From the human T2T-CHM13v2.0 reference genome, Homo sapiens: a stretch of DNA of 64,000 bases. The stretch is from the NCBI RefSeq assembly GCF_009914755.1, contig NC_060947.1. One strand, 5' to 3'. The translations under genes were made by a program, and so were the position numbers. Below the pieces are notes generated by a model that was not told where the DNA came from, ran no database searches, and worked only from the letters and a program-made list of their open reading frames with translations. Positions 1 through 14,741 of this stretch are shown one piece after another. Numbering within the stretch: position 1 is the stretch's first letter; each line of letters starts with the position of its first letter.

Positions 1-614
1 CACTGTAGGATATTGCTCAAGAAACCCATTTCTGCCTTGCCCTACCTGGATCACTGAGGAACTGGGAACAACTAAAAAGTATGGGGGAGGTAGGAGCATG
101 GGAAAGGGGTGGAAGCTCATAGCAACCACACCACAGTTCTTGAACAGCCAAAGATCCTACTAACTGGCTGGCCCTTCACCAAGAGGCCCATCCATAAACT
201 CAATGGGATGCCTCACCTATTATCTCCCTCCCACTTGGCTGATACCCTTTTCCCAGCACTCCACACACACACCTTTCAACCAAGAATATTTTAATGGCAA
301 ACTGTCCTTCAGAAATGAAGGAGACATGAAGATTTTCCCAAGCAAACAAAAGCTGAGCAAATTCATCACAATTAGATTTGCCCTACAAAAATGCAGAAGG
401 AGATCTTGAAGTTGAAACAAAAGAACACTAAATAGTAGCATGGAAATATATGAAAATATAAAACTTACTGGTAAAGGTAAGAAAGTATAAATATTCAAAT
501 TCAGAATGCTCTAATAGTATAATGGTGGTACATAAATCACTTTAACATTAGTATAAAAGTCAAAAGAAAACAGTGTAAAAATATCTATAGATACAAAAAT
601 TTGTTAATGGATAC

Positions 615-1037
615 TGATATAGTTTGGATCTGTGTTCCCACCCAAACCTCATTCTGAATTGTAATCCCTAATGTTGGAGGTAGGGCCTGGTGGGAGGTGA
701 TTGGATCACGGGAGCAGATTTGCAAGAATGGTTTAGCACCATCCCTTTGGTGCTATTCTCATGATAGTGAGTGAGTTATTGTGATATCTGGTTGTTTAAA
801 AGTATGTAGCAACTCCCCAATCTCTTTCTCTTGCTGCTTCAGCCATGTGACCTGCCTGCTCCCTCTTTGCTTTCCACCATGATTGTAAGTTTACTGAGGC
901 CTCCTCAGAAGTGAGCAAATGCCAGCATCATGCTTCCTGTACAGCCTGTGGAACTGTGAACTAATTAAACCTCTTTTATTTATAGATTACCCAGTCTCAG
1001 GTATTTCTCTATAGCAATTAGCAAACAGCGTAATACA
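615..1037 (+). mobile_element. MST-family (ERVL-MaLR) solo LTR
   Basis: TGATATAGTTTGGATCTGTG...TAATACA termini; 5-bp target-site duplication (TSD) GATAC at 610-614 and 1038-1042. Confidence 0.9.
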
Positions 1038-1378
1038 GATACACATTATAAAAAGATGTAAATAATAACATCAATAAAGTATGTGTATGGGAAAGTAAAA
1101 GTATAGAGATTTTGTGCATAATTGAAGTTGAGTTGTAACTAACTTATTATAGATTGTTATAAGGTGTTTTATGTAAGCTTCATGGTAATCACAAAGAAAA
1201 AATCTGTTAATAGATATACAAAAGGAAAAGAGAAAGGAATCAAAACATAACATTACCAAAAACAAAGAAATCAAATCACAAAGGAAGACATCAAGAGAGG
1301 AAGAAACTGCAAAACAGTCAGAAAATGATTAAAATGACAATAGTGCTTACCTATCAATAATTACTACAAATGTAAATG

Positions 1379-2088
1379 TTGATGGAGATAAGTGGCTTCT
1401 AAACCAGTGCCAGATAATGAGGAAGAAGATGTAGAAGAAGCAGTGCCAGAAAACACATTGACATCGGACTATCTGGCAGAAGCGTTCTGATTATTCATGA
1501 CTTTTTTGACTTCTTTTATAACGTAGATCCTTCTATGATACAGGCACTAAAACTAAAGCAAATAGTGGAAGAAGGATTGGTATCATATAGAAACATTTTA
1601 GAGAAATGAAAAGGCAAAAAGTTCAGACAGAAATTGCAATGTATTTCCATAAGGTTACACCAAGTGTGCCTGCCCCTCCTGCCTCCCCTTCCACCTTCTC
1701 TACCTCTTCTGCCTCTATCACTCCTGAAACAGTAAGACCACCTTCTCCTCTTCCTTCTCCTTTTCAGCCTACTCAACGTGAAGATTATAAGAATGAAGAT
1801 CTTCATGATGATCCACTTCCATTTAATAAATAGAAAATATATTTTTTCTTTTTTATGATTTTCTTAATAACTTTCTTTTCTCTAGCTTACTTTATTGTAA
1901 GAATACAGTATATAATACATATAACTTACAAAACATGTGTTAATCAACTATTTATGTTATTGGTAAAGCTTCCAGTCAACAGTAGGCTATTAGTAGTTAC
2001 GTTTTGGGGGAGTCAAAAGTTGTATGCAAATTTTTGACTGTGTAGGGAGCTGGCACCCTTAACCCCTGCATTGTTAAAGAGTCAACTG
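1379..2088 (+). mobile_element. Tigger2-like DNA transposon, 3' part only
   Basis: Ends in TGTTAAAGAGTCAACTG followed by TA (Tigger2/MER8-type terminal repeat), after which the L1 ORF2 sequence resumes. The 5' end is missing. Confidence 0.7.
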
Positions 2089-2919
2089 TATATGCTGCCT
2101 ACAAAGAGACTCATTTCAGCTTTAAAGTCATACATAGGCTGCAAGTGAAGGGATGGAAAAAGATGTTCCATGCAAATGGTAAACAAAAGACAGTAGGTGT
2201 GGCTATACTTAGACAAAATAGACTTTTAGTCAAAAACTGTAAAAAGAGACCAAAAGGTCATTATATAATGATTAATGGGTCAATTCATCAAGAGGATATA
2301 ACAATTGTAATTATATATGGACCCAACATTAGAGCACCTAAATACATATAGCAAATATTAGCAGAGCTGAAGGTATTAATAAATAGCAAAACAATAATAA
2401 TAGGGGACTTCAGCATGACACTTTCAACATTAGATAGATTATCTAATAGAAAATCAATAAAGAAAAAGAATAGAACACTATAGACTAAATGAACCTAGCA
2501 GACATATTCAAATTCAGAACATTCCATCCAACCACGCCAGAATACACATTCTTCTCATGTACACATGGAACATTATCCAGAAGAGATCATAGGGCTCAAA
2601 ACAAACCCCAACAATATATATTACAAATAAATAGTAATCAAAACAGTATGATACTGTAAAAAAACAGACAAAAGACCAATGGAATAGAATAGAGAGCCCA
2701 GAAACAAGGCCACCAACAAAAAGTAAACAACCAACAAAATGAAAATGTAACCTATAGAATGGGGGAAGATATTTGCAAACCACGTATGTGGTGAGAGGTT
2801 TGTATCCAAAATATATCAGGAACTCATACAACTCGACAGCAAAGAAATAAATATCCCAATTTAAAAATGGGCAAAGGACCTCAATAGATATTTTTTTCCA
2901 AAGAAGATACAAAACAACT

Positions 2920-2999
2920 TGATGGCTTAATATACATATACATTGTGAAATAATTACCACAATCAAACTAATTAACGTATCCATCACCTCACAGAGTAA

Positions 3000-3033
<34 letters not shown>

Positions 3034-4105
3034 ACTTGTGTTGAGTATACTTAGAATCTACACTCTTAGCAAATTTCAAGTATCAGGTACAGTATTTTTA
3101 CCTACAAGCACTAAGTGCCAGTTCATTCAGGCTGCTGTAACAAAAATACCATAGATATGGTGACATAAAAAACAGAAATGTATTTCTTAACATTCTTGAG
3201 GCTAAGAAATTCAAATCACCAGCAAATTCAGTGTCTAGTGAGGACCCAATTATGGGACTACAGACAACTGTGTATTCCCTGTCTCCTTACATGGCAGAAG
3301 GGCCTAAAGAGCTCTAAGGAATCTTATTTTTGAGGGCTCTACCCGCATGACCTAAGTACCTCCCAAAGGCCCCATTCTCTAATACTATCATATTAGATAT
3401 TAGGTTTCAAAATATGAATTTGGGAGGGGTACATAATAGCACCACGCTATACATTATATAAAGACCACATTTTCTTTTTCCATTTATCCATTGATGAATA
3501 CTGAGGTTGTTTCCACATCTTGGGTATTGTGAATAATGTTTCAATGAACATAAGACTGCAAATATCTCTTAGGGGATACTGACTTTAATTCTCTTGGATA
3601 AATACCCAGAAGTGAAATTCATGGGTCAAATGGTAATTATATTTTTAATTTTTTGAGGAATCTTCATATCATTTTCCATAGTGGCTGTTCTCATTTATAT
3701 TCCCACCAACAATGTACAAGGGCCTCCTTTTCTCTAGCTCCTCAACAGCACTTTATTTTAAATTTAACAATAGACATGTTAACAGGTATGGGGTGATGTT
3801 TCATTATGTTTTTTATTTGTGTTTCTCTAATGGTTAGTGATGTTTACCACTATTTCATACAACTATCAGCCATTTTTATGTCTTCTTTAGGAAAATACTC
3901 ACATCATTTGACCATTTAAAACTTTATTTCAATTGAATTTTAAAGGTTCTTATATATTTTAGATGTTAGCCCCTTATCAGATATACAGTTTATACATACT
4001 TCCTCTTATACTGTAGGCTGCATTTTTATTTTATTGGTTGTTTTCTTTCCTGTGAAGAAGCTTTTTAGTTTAATGTTGCCCCATTTTAAAATTTTTGCTT
4101 TTTTT
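2920..4105 (-). mobile_element. Old L1 (L1MA/MB-like) 3' region, antisense, interrupted by a MaLR LTR at ~3120-3440
   Basis: Typical antisense L1 3' text (CATTTATCCATTGATG...CCCACCAACAATGTACAAG). The MaLR part begins GTTCATTCAGGCTGCTGTAACAAAAATACCATAGA. Confidence 0.7.
3002..3032. repeat. (TG)n microsatellite
   Basis: Direct read, about 15 units. Confidence 0.98.
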
Positions 4106-4137
4106 TAATCCAAAAGAATTTTAGGCTTAAGGGAAAA

Positions 4138-4633
4138 GTGGTAGGTGTAATAATGGCCCCACTAAGGATGTCCAGATTATTCCTGGAACTTGTAGACACG
4201 TTAGGTTACATGCCAAAAGGCGAATTAAGGTTGCAGGCAGAAATGAGATTGCCAGTCATTTGACCTTAAAGTAGGGAAAATTTTCTAGATTACTCAGTTT
4301 GGTCCAGTATAATCACAAAGGTCCTTATAAGTGGCAGAGGAAGGCTGAAGAGGAAGTTAGAGGAAGAAGTAACTAAGGAAGAAAGGTATGGAGAGATTCA
4401 ATGCTTCTGTCTTGGAAGGTGGAGGAAAAGTCCAGGAACCAAGAAATGCGACTGACATCTAGAAGATGAAAATCATGGAAATGGTTCTCTCCAACAACCC
4501 CCAGAAAGGAATGTAGCCCTGCTGACAACTTGATTTTAGCTTCTTAACTACAGAATTGTAAAACAATAAATTTGTGCTGTTTTAAACAACTACGTTTATA
4601 GTAATTTGTTACAGCAGCAATAAAATCTAATAC
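4138..4633 (+). mobile_element. MLT1 (MLT1D-like) MaLR LTR
   Basis: GTGGTAGGTGTAATAATGGCCCC start; AATAAATTTGTGCTGTTTTAA...ACAGCAGCAATAAAATCTAATAC end. Confidence 0.8.
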
Positions 4634-5870
4634 TGAGAATGAAACACATTGCTAATTTAAGCACATAGGGAATAAAACACATTGTCAGTTTCTAACATTA
4701 AAAATGTTACCAAACATAATAAAGCAAAATTACGATGTGTAATTGGATTAGTATATTTATTATAATCAGCATTATTAATAAATAACTTAAATTGTCATTG
4801 TACTTATTACTCTGCGCGTGTCATCAGGGAAAGTGTATGGTGTTAGAAGACTATTTGTCTGTCTCTCCAGAATTTTAATTAAACAGATTTAAACATAAAA
4901 ATAAAGACAGCAATAATAAAAACAAAAGACAGAGGCTGAATTTTCTCCAAGAAAATTTAAAACAATGAAGCTGTGAGGAATAGATTCCTGAAAACCCCTG
5001 TGTAAGTAAGAGCATGATTTAAAATTCCAGATTTAATGGGGATATGAAGAAGTAGTGTGTGTTGGAATGGATAATGGAGCTTGAGTATGAATCTATGCTA
5101 TCCATAAATAACATATTAGTATTCATTAAAATGAATTACTAAAGAAAATACAGTAAATAATCAATGATATTTTACACATTGAACTGGAGGCAGTAGGATA
5201 CAATTAATTTTCAAGTATTCATTCTTAATTGCAAGAAACTTGTTTGTATATTCTTCCCTCACATTTGAGAAAAGGTGCTTGAAAATATAATTTTTATTAT
5301 TGATTCATATCCTTAAGAGACTTTTTTTTTCTCATTCAATATCTCAATCTTCATTACTCTTCTGATTTTATTACTTAGAACCCTTGATCTGAGTAATGGA
5401 GTATCTTTCCATGTATTTGTCTTTAATTTCTTCAATGTGTACAAATGGGCCACTGGTACATGAAAAGGTGCTCAGTGTCACTAATCGTCACTGAAATGCA
5501 AATCAAAATCACAATGAGATCTCACCTCACATCTGTTAGGATAGCTATTATAAAAAAGACAGGAGCTAACAAGTGTTAGCAAGGGTGTGGAGAAAAAGGA
5601 ACCCTTGTTCATACACTGTTGGAGAGATGCTTCTAGAGGTCATTCACATTTCTTGATTTCTAGACTTCAACCTCACCTTCCAAGCCAGCCACATTGCATC
5701 TCTCTGTGCCTTTTGTCCATAGTCACTTCTTCCTCTAACTCTTGATCTTTAACTCATAGTTCCCTGAATAGTCCCAGAAATGAAGAGCAACTTTAATGCT
5801 TGGAATGAATAAATCTTTGATAATCGGTACTCAACGTTCCTTAAGATTCCTTCTCAAAATGCATAATTAA

Positions 5871-6879
<1,009 letters not shown>

Positions 6880-7404
6880 TTAGTGCAAATGTTCATTATA
6901 ATCTTGTATTAGAAGAAGACTGGAAACCAGATGATGTAAGGTTGGTTTAGCTCAATTATGATTTCAAAAATCCAGTCCCTAGTAATCTCTTGGACTACCT
7001 TTCTTAACATGTTGGCTATGCACTTCTGTTTTATCTTCACATGTCTATAATATGGCCACCACAGCTGCATTTGTCACAAAGGGAGTTTCTCCTCATAAAT
7101 TATCTTTTAGTGAGGGATTTTTTTCTTTCAAGAATGCCATCAGCAACGTTCCACTCAGGTCTTTTTCCTCAGTATTGGTGGGCATGTCAATATATAACTT
7201 CAAGAAAGACGGAGATATTGTCAGCCTCTATTTTTGGATGTGGAATACAGTATGTCACTAGGAAAGGATTGTGATGGGGACTGGAATGCATGTACAGTTA
7301 GGCAACAGGTCTGCCATGTTGGTGAAACAGAAGTACCTTAGTCTATTCACTGATAATTTATATCAATTTTCTTTGACATTTTCCATTTTGCCATCTTTTA
7401 TTAA

Positions 7405-7580
7405 TATTATTTTTAATTGACAAATCATAATTGTATATACTTCTGAGGTACAATGTGATGTTCTGATATATGTATACAATGTGGAATGATTAAAACAAGC
7501 TAATTAAAGTATTAATCACTTTATTTGATTATAATTTTTGGTAATGAGACATTTGAAATTTACTCTCTTAGTTATTTTCC
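7405..7580 (-). mobile_element. L1MA-type 3' end fragment
   Basis: TTTTTAATTGACAAATCATAATTGTATATAC...GAGACATTTGAAATTTACTCTCTTAG. Confidence 0.7.
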
Positions 7581-7638
7581 CCATATTTTCTGAATGTTCT
7601 CTTGCTCTCATCAAGGACCTCAGGCCTTCAATTACTTT

Positions 7639-8345
7639 TGTGAATCAAAGAAAATGACCTAGGCAAGTCTCAATCATTTCAGGTTTATATGCCAAGGTTA
7701 AAGACATGCCTAAGAAAGAATACACAACCACAGGAAAAATTGTGGTCCATGCTTTTTCCAGAGTGTCTGGGGACCTTAATATTTAAAGGGAAAAGGACAG
7801 GTATCCAGGAAAGAGGAAGAAATTTTTTTCAAAAGGGTGTGGGTAGATTGGAGGCCAGCAGTTGCATTTTTTCTGGTCTTTGATCAGCAGTTTACTGAAA
7901 ACACAATTTACATGTGAGAGGAAGGTAGAGGAATAGTCACTTATGCATTCGTCTAGGTCAGTGAATCTGCATTTTTACATATGATAACATAAACATAGGG
8001 CAGAGGAAGAAGCAATCAGATACGCATTTGTCTCAGGTGAGCAGAGGCTCTTTGAATTCTGTCCTTTGTCCTCTACCTGTGAAGATAAGCTATCAATTTA
8101 CATTCCCAGGGTGAAATTCAACAGAAGTGTTTTAGGGTAAAGCTCTTGGAGTCCACAAGGAATTACCTTGTGGGCAAATTGTGAGAGAGGTATGTAGTTT
8201 GTTTTGTTTTGTTTTGTTTTTAAATCTTCATACATATCTTATTTAGGAACAAAACGGGAGGCAGGTTTGCTTGACCCAGTTCCCAGCTTGACTTTTCCCT
8301 TTGGCTTAGTGAATTTGGGGTCCCAAGATTTATTTCCCTCTCATA
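7639..8345 (-). mobile_element. MER4-group ERV1 solo LTR
   Basis: The minus strand starts ~TATGAGAGGGAAATAAATCTTGGGACCCC, matching the MER4 5' end as recalled. Confidence 0.75.
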
Positions 8346-9244
8346 TTTTCTAATACTTTTTTTTTCAATGTGTTCTCTATTGGCCTACCGTCCATGATCA
8401 GCCATTATGATAGTTTCATCTTCTGCACTGAAAATCTTGCTCATTCTTGGAGTTTCAAGAGCTGCCTGAGGGTGGAGGTAATTAAGTTTATATGAACTCC
8501 AAGAATGAATCTAATTTTATATCTTTAAGAGAACATTAATTACAAGTAACTAAAATGTTGGTCATTTTAGGATGAGGCATTAAGCTAATTATTCTCTTAA
8601 TATTTCAGAGTTGTTCCATAACATTTTAATTGAAACATTAAAGACAGTATTTATATTATTAAAAAGATGTATCAGGGGTATCCAACTGTAATAAATTACA
8701 ACATATGCACACAAGACCAAAATTAAAAGATGAGGCCATGAGTTGATAATTTATGTAACATTCTGAAGTTCACACTTGTTAAAAAGTTAAAATATTAAGG
8801 CTAATGGGTAAAAATAATTTGGAAATGAAAATAGTACTTATTTTTAATTTCACAAATAAGTTTTGGTTGGGTGGAGGGGTCAGTTAAAATCCTAATATTT
8901 TACTCATAATTTATTTTATTAATAATACTTCAAAACTAGTTTCTTGGTACCTTTACCATTTTTCTATTAGTGAGTAGAATATTAGGTATAAACCCAAATA
9001 TGAAGATTTTATGACAGACAAATACAAGCATTTAATATACACATTATAATTAGAACTTATTTGGAATTTGCAGGATTTTAGAAGTGTGTGTGCTGTGTTC
9101 CTGAAATTATCACCTTGTTCTCTCTTTCAATTGAAATTGTATGTACAAAATATGCTAAGGTTTATACAATGAATATATCAGTTGTTTGCATGCAAATCTG
9201 TCTGATGTTTATTTTAGACTTAAGCTTAATTATGTTTAAATTTA

Positions 9245-9640
<396 letters not shown>

Positions 9641-10195
9641 TTATGATCCTGCCCTCTAAATGAAGTGGTAATAGATTGTATTGAACACCTTTAATTACAT
9701 GCTACTTTCTGACTTGCTGCTCTTTCTTCTGATCCAATCAATTTCTTAAGCTGGGGCTTCAAAATAATGGAATTATGATCAAGTAATGTTATTGCCACTC
9801 TCATACAGAAAGTCTTCATAATTTAACTATATTGTAAACATTTTTTATTTTTCATAAAATATGAGCTTTGTTAATCTTAGAATTAGAGCATATTTTATTC
9901 AAAATGTCTAGGGTGAGCTCAATGCACTAACACAAATATACAGGCAAACCTCATTTTATTGAACTTTGCTTTATTGCAATTTGCAGGTACTGTGTTTTTA
10001 CAAATTGAAGATTGTGGCAACCTTGCTTCAAGCAAGTCTGTTGGCGCCATTTTTCTAACAAGTGCTCACTTCCTGTCTCTCTGTGACATTTGGATAAATT
10101 TCACAATATTTCAAATGTTTTCATTATTATTTTATCTGTTATGGTCATCTATGATCAGTGATCTTTGATGTTTCTATTGTAATTGTTTTGGGGCA

Positions 10196-10525
10196 TGTAT
10201 TAGTCTTTTCTCACCCTGCTAATAAAGACATACACAAGAATAGGTAATTTATAAAGGTAAAGGTTTAATGGATTTACAGTTCCACACGGCTGGGGAGGCC
10301 TCACAATCATGGCAGAAGGCAAAGGGGAAGCAATACACGTCTTACATGGCAGCAGGCAAGAGAGCATGTGCAGGGGAACTCCCCTTTGTAAAACTATCAG
10401 ATCTCATGAGACTTATTCACTATCATGAGAACAGCACAGAAAAGACCTGCCCCAATGATTCAATTACCTCCCACTGGGTTCAATTCAAACTGAGATTTGG
10501 GTGGGGACACAGCCAAACCATATCA
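10196..10525 (-). mobile_element. THE1 (MaLR) solo LTR nested in Tigger1
   Basis: TGTATTAGTC...CCAAACCATATCA; perfect TSD GGGCA. Confidence 0.93.
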
Positions 10526-10800
10526 GGGCATCACGAACCATACTTACATAAGATGGTAAACCTAATCAAATAATGTGTGTGTTCTGACTGCTACACTAAC
10601 CAGCTATTCCTCTGTCTCTCTCCCTCTCCTTAGGCATCCCTGTTTCCTGACACACAATAGCATTGAAATTAGGGCAATTAATAATCCTGCAATGGCCTCT
10701 AAGTGTTCAAGTGGAAGAAAGAGTCAGACGTCTCTCACTTTCAATCCAAAGCTAGAAATGATGAAGCTTAGTGAGGAAAGCATGTCAAAAGCTGACACAG

Positions 10801-11774
10801 TGAAGGGGGCCTGCCCCTCCACACCTGTGAGTATTTCTCACAAGGTGGAGATGAGAGACTGAGAAAAGAAATAAGACACAGAGACAAAGTATAGAGGAAG
10901 AAAAGTGGGCCCAGGGCACTGGCGCTCAGCAAGTGAGGACCTGCACCGGCACTGGCCTCTGAGTTTCCTCAGTATTTATTGATCACTATCTCTACCATCT
11001 CGGCGGAGGGGATGTGGCAGGACTATAGGGTAATGGTGGGGAGAGGGTCAGCAGGAAAACATGTGAGCAAAGGACTCTGTGTCATAAATAAGTTTAAGGA
11101 AAGGTGCTGTGCACATAGGCCAGATTTATGTTTGACTTTACACAAACATCTCTGTGCAGTAAAGAGCAGTATTACTGCCAGCATGTCTCACCTCCAGCCA
11201 TAAGGCGGTTTTCTCCTAGCTCAGTAAATAGAACGGGTTTTACACTGAGACATTCCATTCCCAGGGACGACGAGCAGGAGACAGATGCCTTCCTCTTATC
11301 TCAACTGCAAAGAGGACTTCCTCTTTCACTAATCCTCCTCAGCACAGACCCTTTACAGGTGTCGGGCTGGGGGACGGTCAGGTCTTTCCCTTCCCAGGAG
11401 GTCGTATCTCAGGCTGTCTCAGTGGGGGGAAACCTTGGACAATACCCAGGCTTTCTTGGGCAGAGGTACCTGTGGCCTTCCGCAGTGCACTGTGTCCCTG
11501 GGTACTCGAGACTGGAGAACGGCAATGACTTTTACCAAGTATACTGCCTGCAAACACATTTTTAACAAAGCACATCCTGCATAGCCCTAAATCCATTAAA
11601 CCTTGAGTCAACACAGCACGTTTCTGCGAGCACAGGGTTGGGGCTAGGGTTACAGATTAACAGCATCTCAAGGCAGAAGATTTTTTCTTAGTACAGATCA
11701 AAATGGAGTTTCTTATGTCTTCCTTTTTCTACATAGACACAGTAACAGTCTGATCTCTCTTTATTTCCCCCACA
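10801..11774 (-). mobile_element. HERV-K(HML-2) solo LTR (LTR5A/5B-like) nested in Tigger1
   Basis: The minus strand starts TGTGGGGGAAATAAAGAGAGATCAGACTGTTACTGTGTCTATGTAGAAA; ~974 bp; TSD CA(C/T)AG. Confidence 0.9.
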
Positions 11775-12662
11775 CATAGGCCAAAATCTAGATTTCTTGC
11801 ATCAAGTTAGCCAAGTTGTGAATGCAAAGGAGAAGGTCTTAAAGGAAACTGAAAATGCTACTCCAGTGAACACATGAATGATAAGAAAGTGAAACAGCCT
11901 TATTGCTGATATGAAGAAAGTTTTAGTGGTCTGAATACAAGATCAAACCAGCCACAACATTCCCTTAAGCCAAAACATAATCTGGACCATGTCCCTAACT
12001 CTCTTCAATTCTATAAATGCTGAGAAAGGTGAGGAAGCTGCAGAAGAAAAGTTTGAGGCTAGCAGAGGTTGGTTCATGGAGTTTAAAGAAAGAAGCCATC
12101 TCCAAAACTTAAAACTGCAAAGTGAGGCAGCAGATGCTGATGTAGAAGGTGCAGCAAGTTATCCAAAAGATCCAGCTAAGACCATTGATGAAGGTGGATA
12201 CACTAAACAACAGATTTTCAAGGTTTCAATGTAGATTAAACAGTCTTTTATTGGACAAATATGTCATCTAAGACTTTCATAGACAGCTGTCATCTCTGGC
12301 TTCAAAGCTTAAAAGGAGAGACTGATGCTCTTGTTAGGAGCAAACATAGCTAATGACTTTATGTCAAAGCTAATGCTCACATGCCATTCTGAAAATCCTA
12401 GGGCCCTTAAAACTATGCCATATGCCACTCTGCTATTGCTCTATAAATGAAACTATATCTCCTGGATAACAACACATCTGTTTGGAGGATGGTTTACTGA
12501 ATCTTTTAAGCCCATTGTTGAGACCTAGTGCTCAGACAAAAACAATTCCTTTAAAATTATGGCTGCTAATTAACAATGCATCTAGTCCTCCAAGAGCTCT
12601 GATGAAGATACACAATGAGATTAAGGTTGTTTTCTTTATTAAAAAATTTTGTCTAGCCTAGA

Positions 12663-14741
12663 TTTTTTTTTTTAATTTAACTTTTAAGTTCAGTGGTATA
12701 GGTGCAGGTTTGTTACATAGGTAAACTTGCATCATGGGAGATTATCATACAGAGTATTTTGTTACCCAGGAATTAAGTCTAGTAACCATTAGTTATTTTT
12801 CCTGATTCTCTCACTTCTCTGACCCTCCACCCTCCAATAGGCCCCAGTGTGTGTTGTTCCTTTCTATGTGTCCATGTGTTCTAATCATTTAGCTCCCACT
12901 TACATGTGAGAACATGTGGTATTTGGTTTTCTGTTTTGCGTTAGTTTGCTAAGGATAATGGCCTCCAGCTTCATCCTTTTTGTGGCAAAGGACATGATCT
13001 CATTCTTTTTTATGGCTGCATAGTATTCCATGGTGTATATATACCATATTTTTGTTATCCAGTCTACAATTTATGGGTATTTAGGTTAATTCCATGTCTT
13101 TGCTATTGTGAATAGTGTTGCAATGAACATACGCATGCATACGTCTCTATAATATAACAATTTATATTCCTTTGGGTATATACCCAGTAATGGGAGTGCT
13201 AGGTCAAATGGTATTACTTTTTTTAGGGTTTGAGGGATCACCACACTCTCTTCTCCAATCGTTGAACTAATTTACACCCCCCACCAACAGTGTATAAGCT
13301 TTCCTTTTTTTCCACAACCTCGCCACCATCTGTTATTTTTTGACTTTAATAATAGCCATTCTGACTGGTGTGAGATGGTATCTCATTGTGGTTTTGATTT
13401 GCCTTTCTCTAATGATCAATGATGTTGAACTTTTTTTCACATGATTATTGGCCTCACGTACGTCTCCTTTTGAAAAGTGTCTGTTTATATCCTCTGCCCA
13501 CTTTTTAATGGGGTTGTTTGGTTTTTTCCTTGTAAATTTGTTTAAGTTCTTTATAGATGATGAATATTAGACCTTAGTCAGATTCATAGTTTGCAAAACT
13601 TTTCTCCCATTCTGTAGGTTGTCTGTTTACTCATTGATAGTTTTCCTTTGCTGTGCAGAAGCTCTTTAGTTTAATTAGATCCCAATTGTCAATTTTTGCT
13701 TTTCTTACAATTGCTTTTGGCATCTTTGTCATGAAATCCATGCACATTCTTATGTCCAGAATGGTATTGCCTAGGTTGTCTTCCAGGGTTTTTATAGTTT
13801 TGGCTTTTACATGTAAGTCTTTAATTCATCTTGAGTTAATTTCTGTATGTGGTGTAAGGAAGGTGTAGCCAGTTATCCTAGCACCATTTACTGACTAGGG
13901 AGTCCTTTCCTCATTGCTTGTTTTTGTCATCTTTGTCGAAGATCAGCTGGAAGCATTCCCCTTGAAAACTGGCAGAAGACAAGGATGCCCTCTTCCACCA
14001 CTCCTATTCAACATAGTATTGGAAGTCCTGATCAGGGCAATCAGGCAAAAGAAAGAAATAAGTGTCGTCCAAATACAAAGAGAGGAAATCAAACTAACCC
14101 TGTTTGCAGATGACATGATCCTATATCTAGAAAGCTCATAGTCTTGGCCCAAAGCTCCTTACGCTGATAAACAAGTTCAGCAAAGTCTCAGGATACAAAA
14201 TCAATGTTCAAAAATCACTGGCATTCTTATACACCAACAGTCAAGCCAAGAGCCAAATCAGGAATGTAATCCCCTTCACAATTGCCACACACACAAAAAA
14301 ATAAAATAAGAATACAGCTAACCAGGGAGGTGAAAAATCTCTCCAAGGAGAACTATAAAATACTGCTTAAGGAAATCAGAGATGACACAAACAAATGGTA
14401 AAACATTCCATGTTTATAGATAGGAAGAATCAATATTGTTAAAATGGCCAAGCTGCCCAAAGCAATTTATAGATTCAATGATATTCCTATTAAACTACCA
14501 ATAACATTCTTCACAGAACTAGAAAAAAACTATTTTAAATTCATATGGAACAAAAAAAAAATTCCCCAAATAGCCAAGGCAATTCTAAGCAAAAAGAACA
14601 AAGCTGGAGGCATCAAGTTGCCCAACTTCAAACTATACTATAGGGCTACAGTAATCAAATAGTATGGTACTGGTACAAAAACAGGCACATAGATCAATGG
14701 AACAGGATAGAGAATCCAGAAATATGGCTGCACACCTACAA
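12663..14741 (-). mobile_element. 5'-truncated, 5'-inverted primate L1 (L1PA) nested in Tigger1
   Basis: Poly-T and antisense 3' end at 12663-13945, then sense ORF2 ([16 protein letters not shown]...[11 protein letters not shown]) at 13946-14741. Confidence 0.92.

Larger units (their letters stand above)
272..2910 (+). mobile_element. Old L1 (L1M-type) fragment: ORF1 C-terminus, inter-ORF region and ORF2 remnants, interrupted by an MST LTR and a Tigger2 piece
   Basis: Translations KLSFRNEGDMKIFPSKQKLSKFIT (ORF1 C-terminus) and MKGWKKMFHANGKQK...GHYIMINGSIHQEDITI (ORF2 endonuclease). Boundaries approximate. Confidence 0.85.

Noticed and set aside
2514-3035. 173-aa minus-strand ORF
   Set aside because: Starts in the (CA)n repeat and runs through antisense L1.
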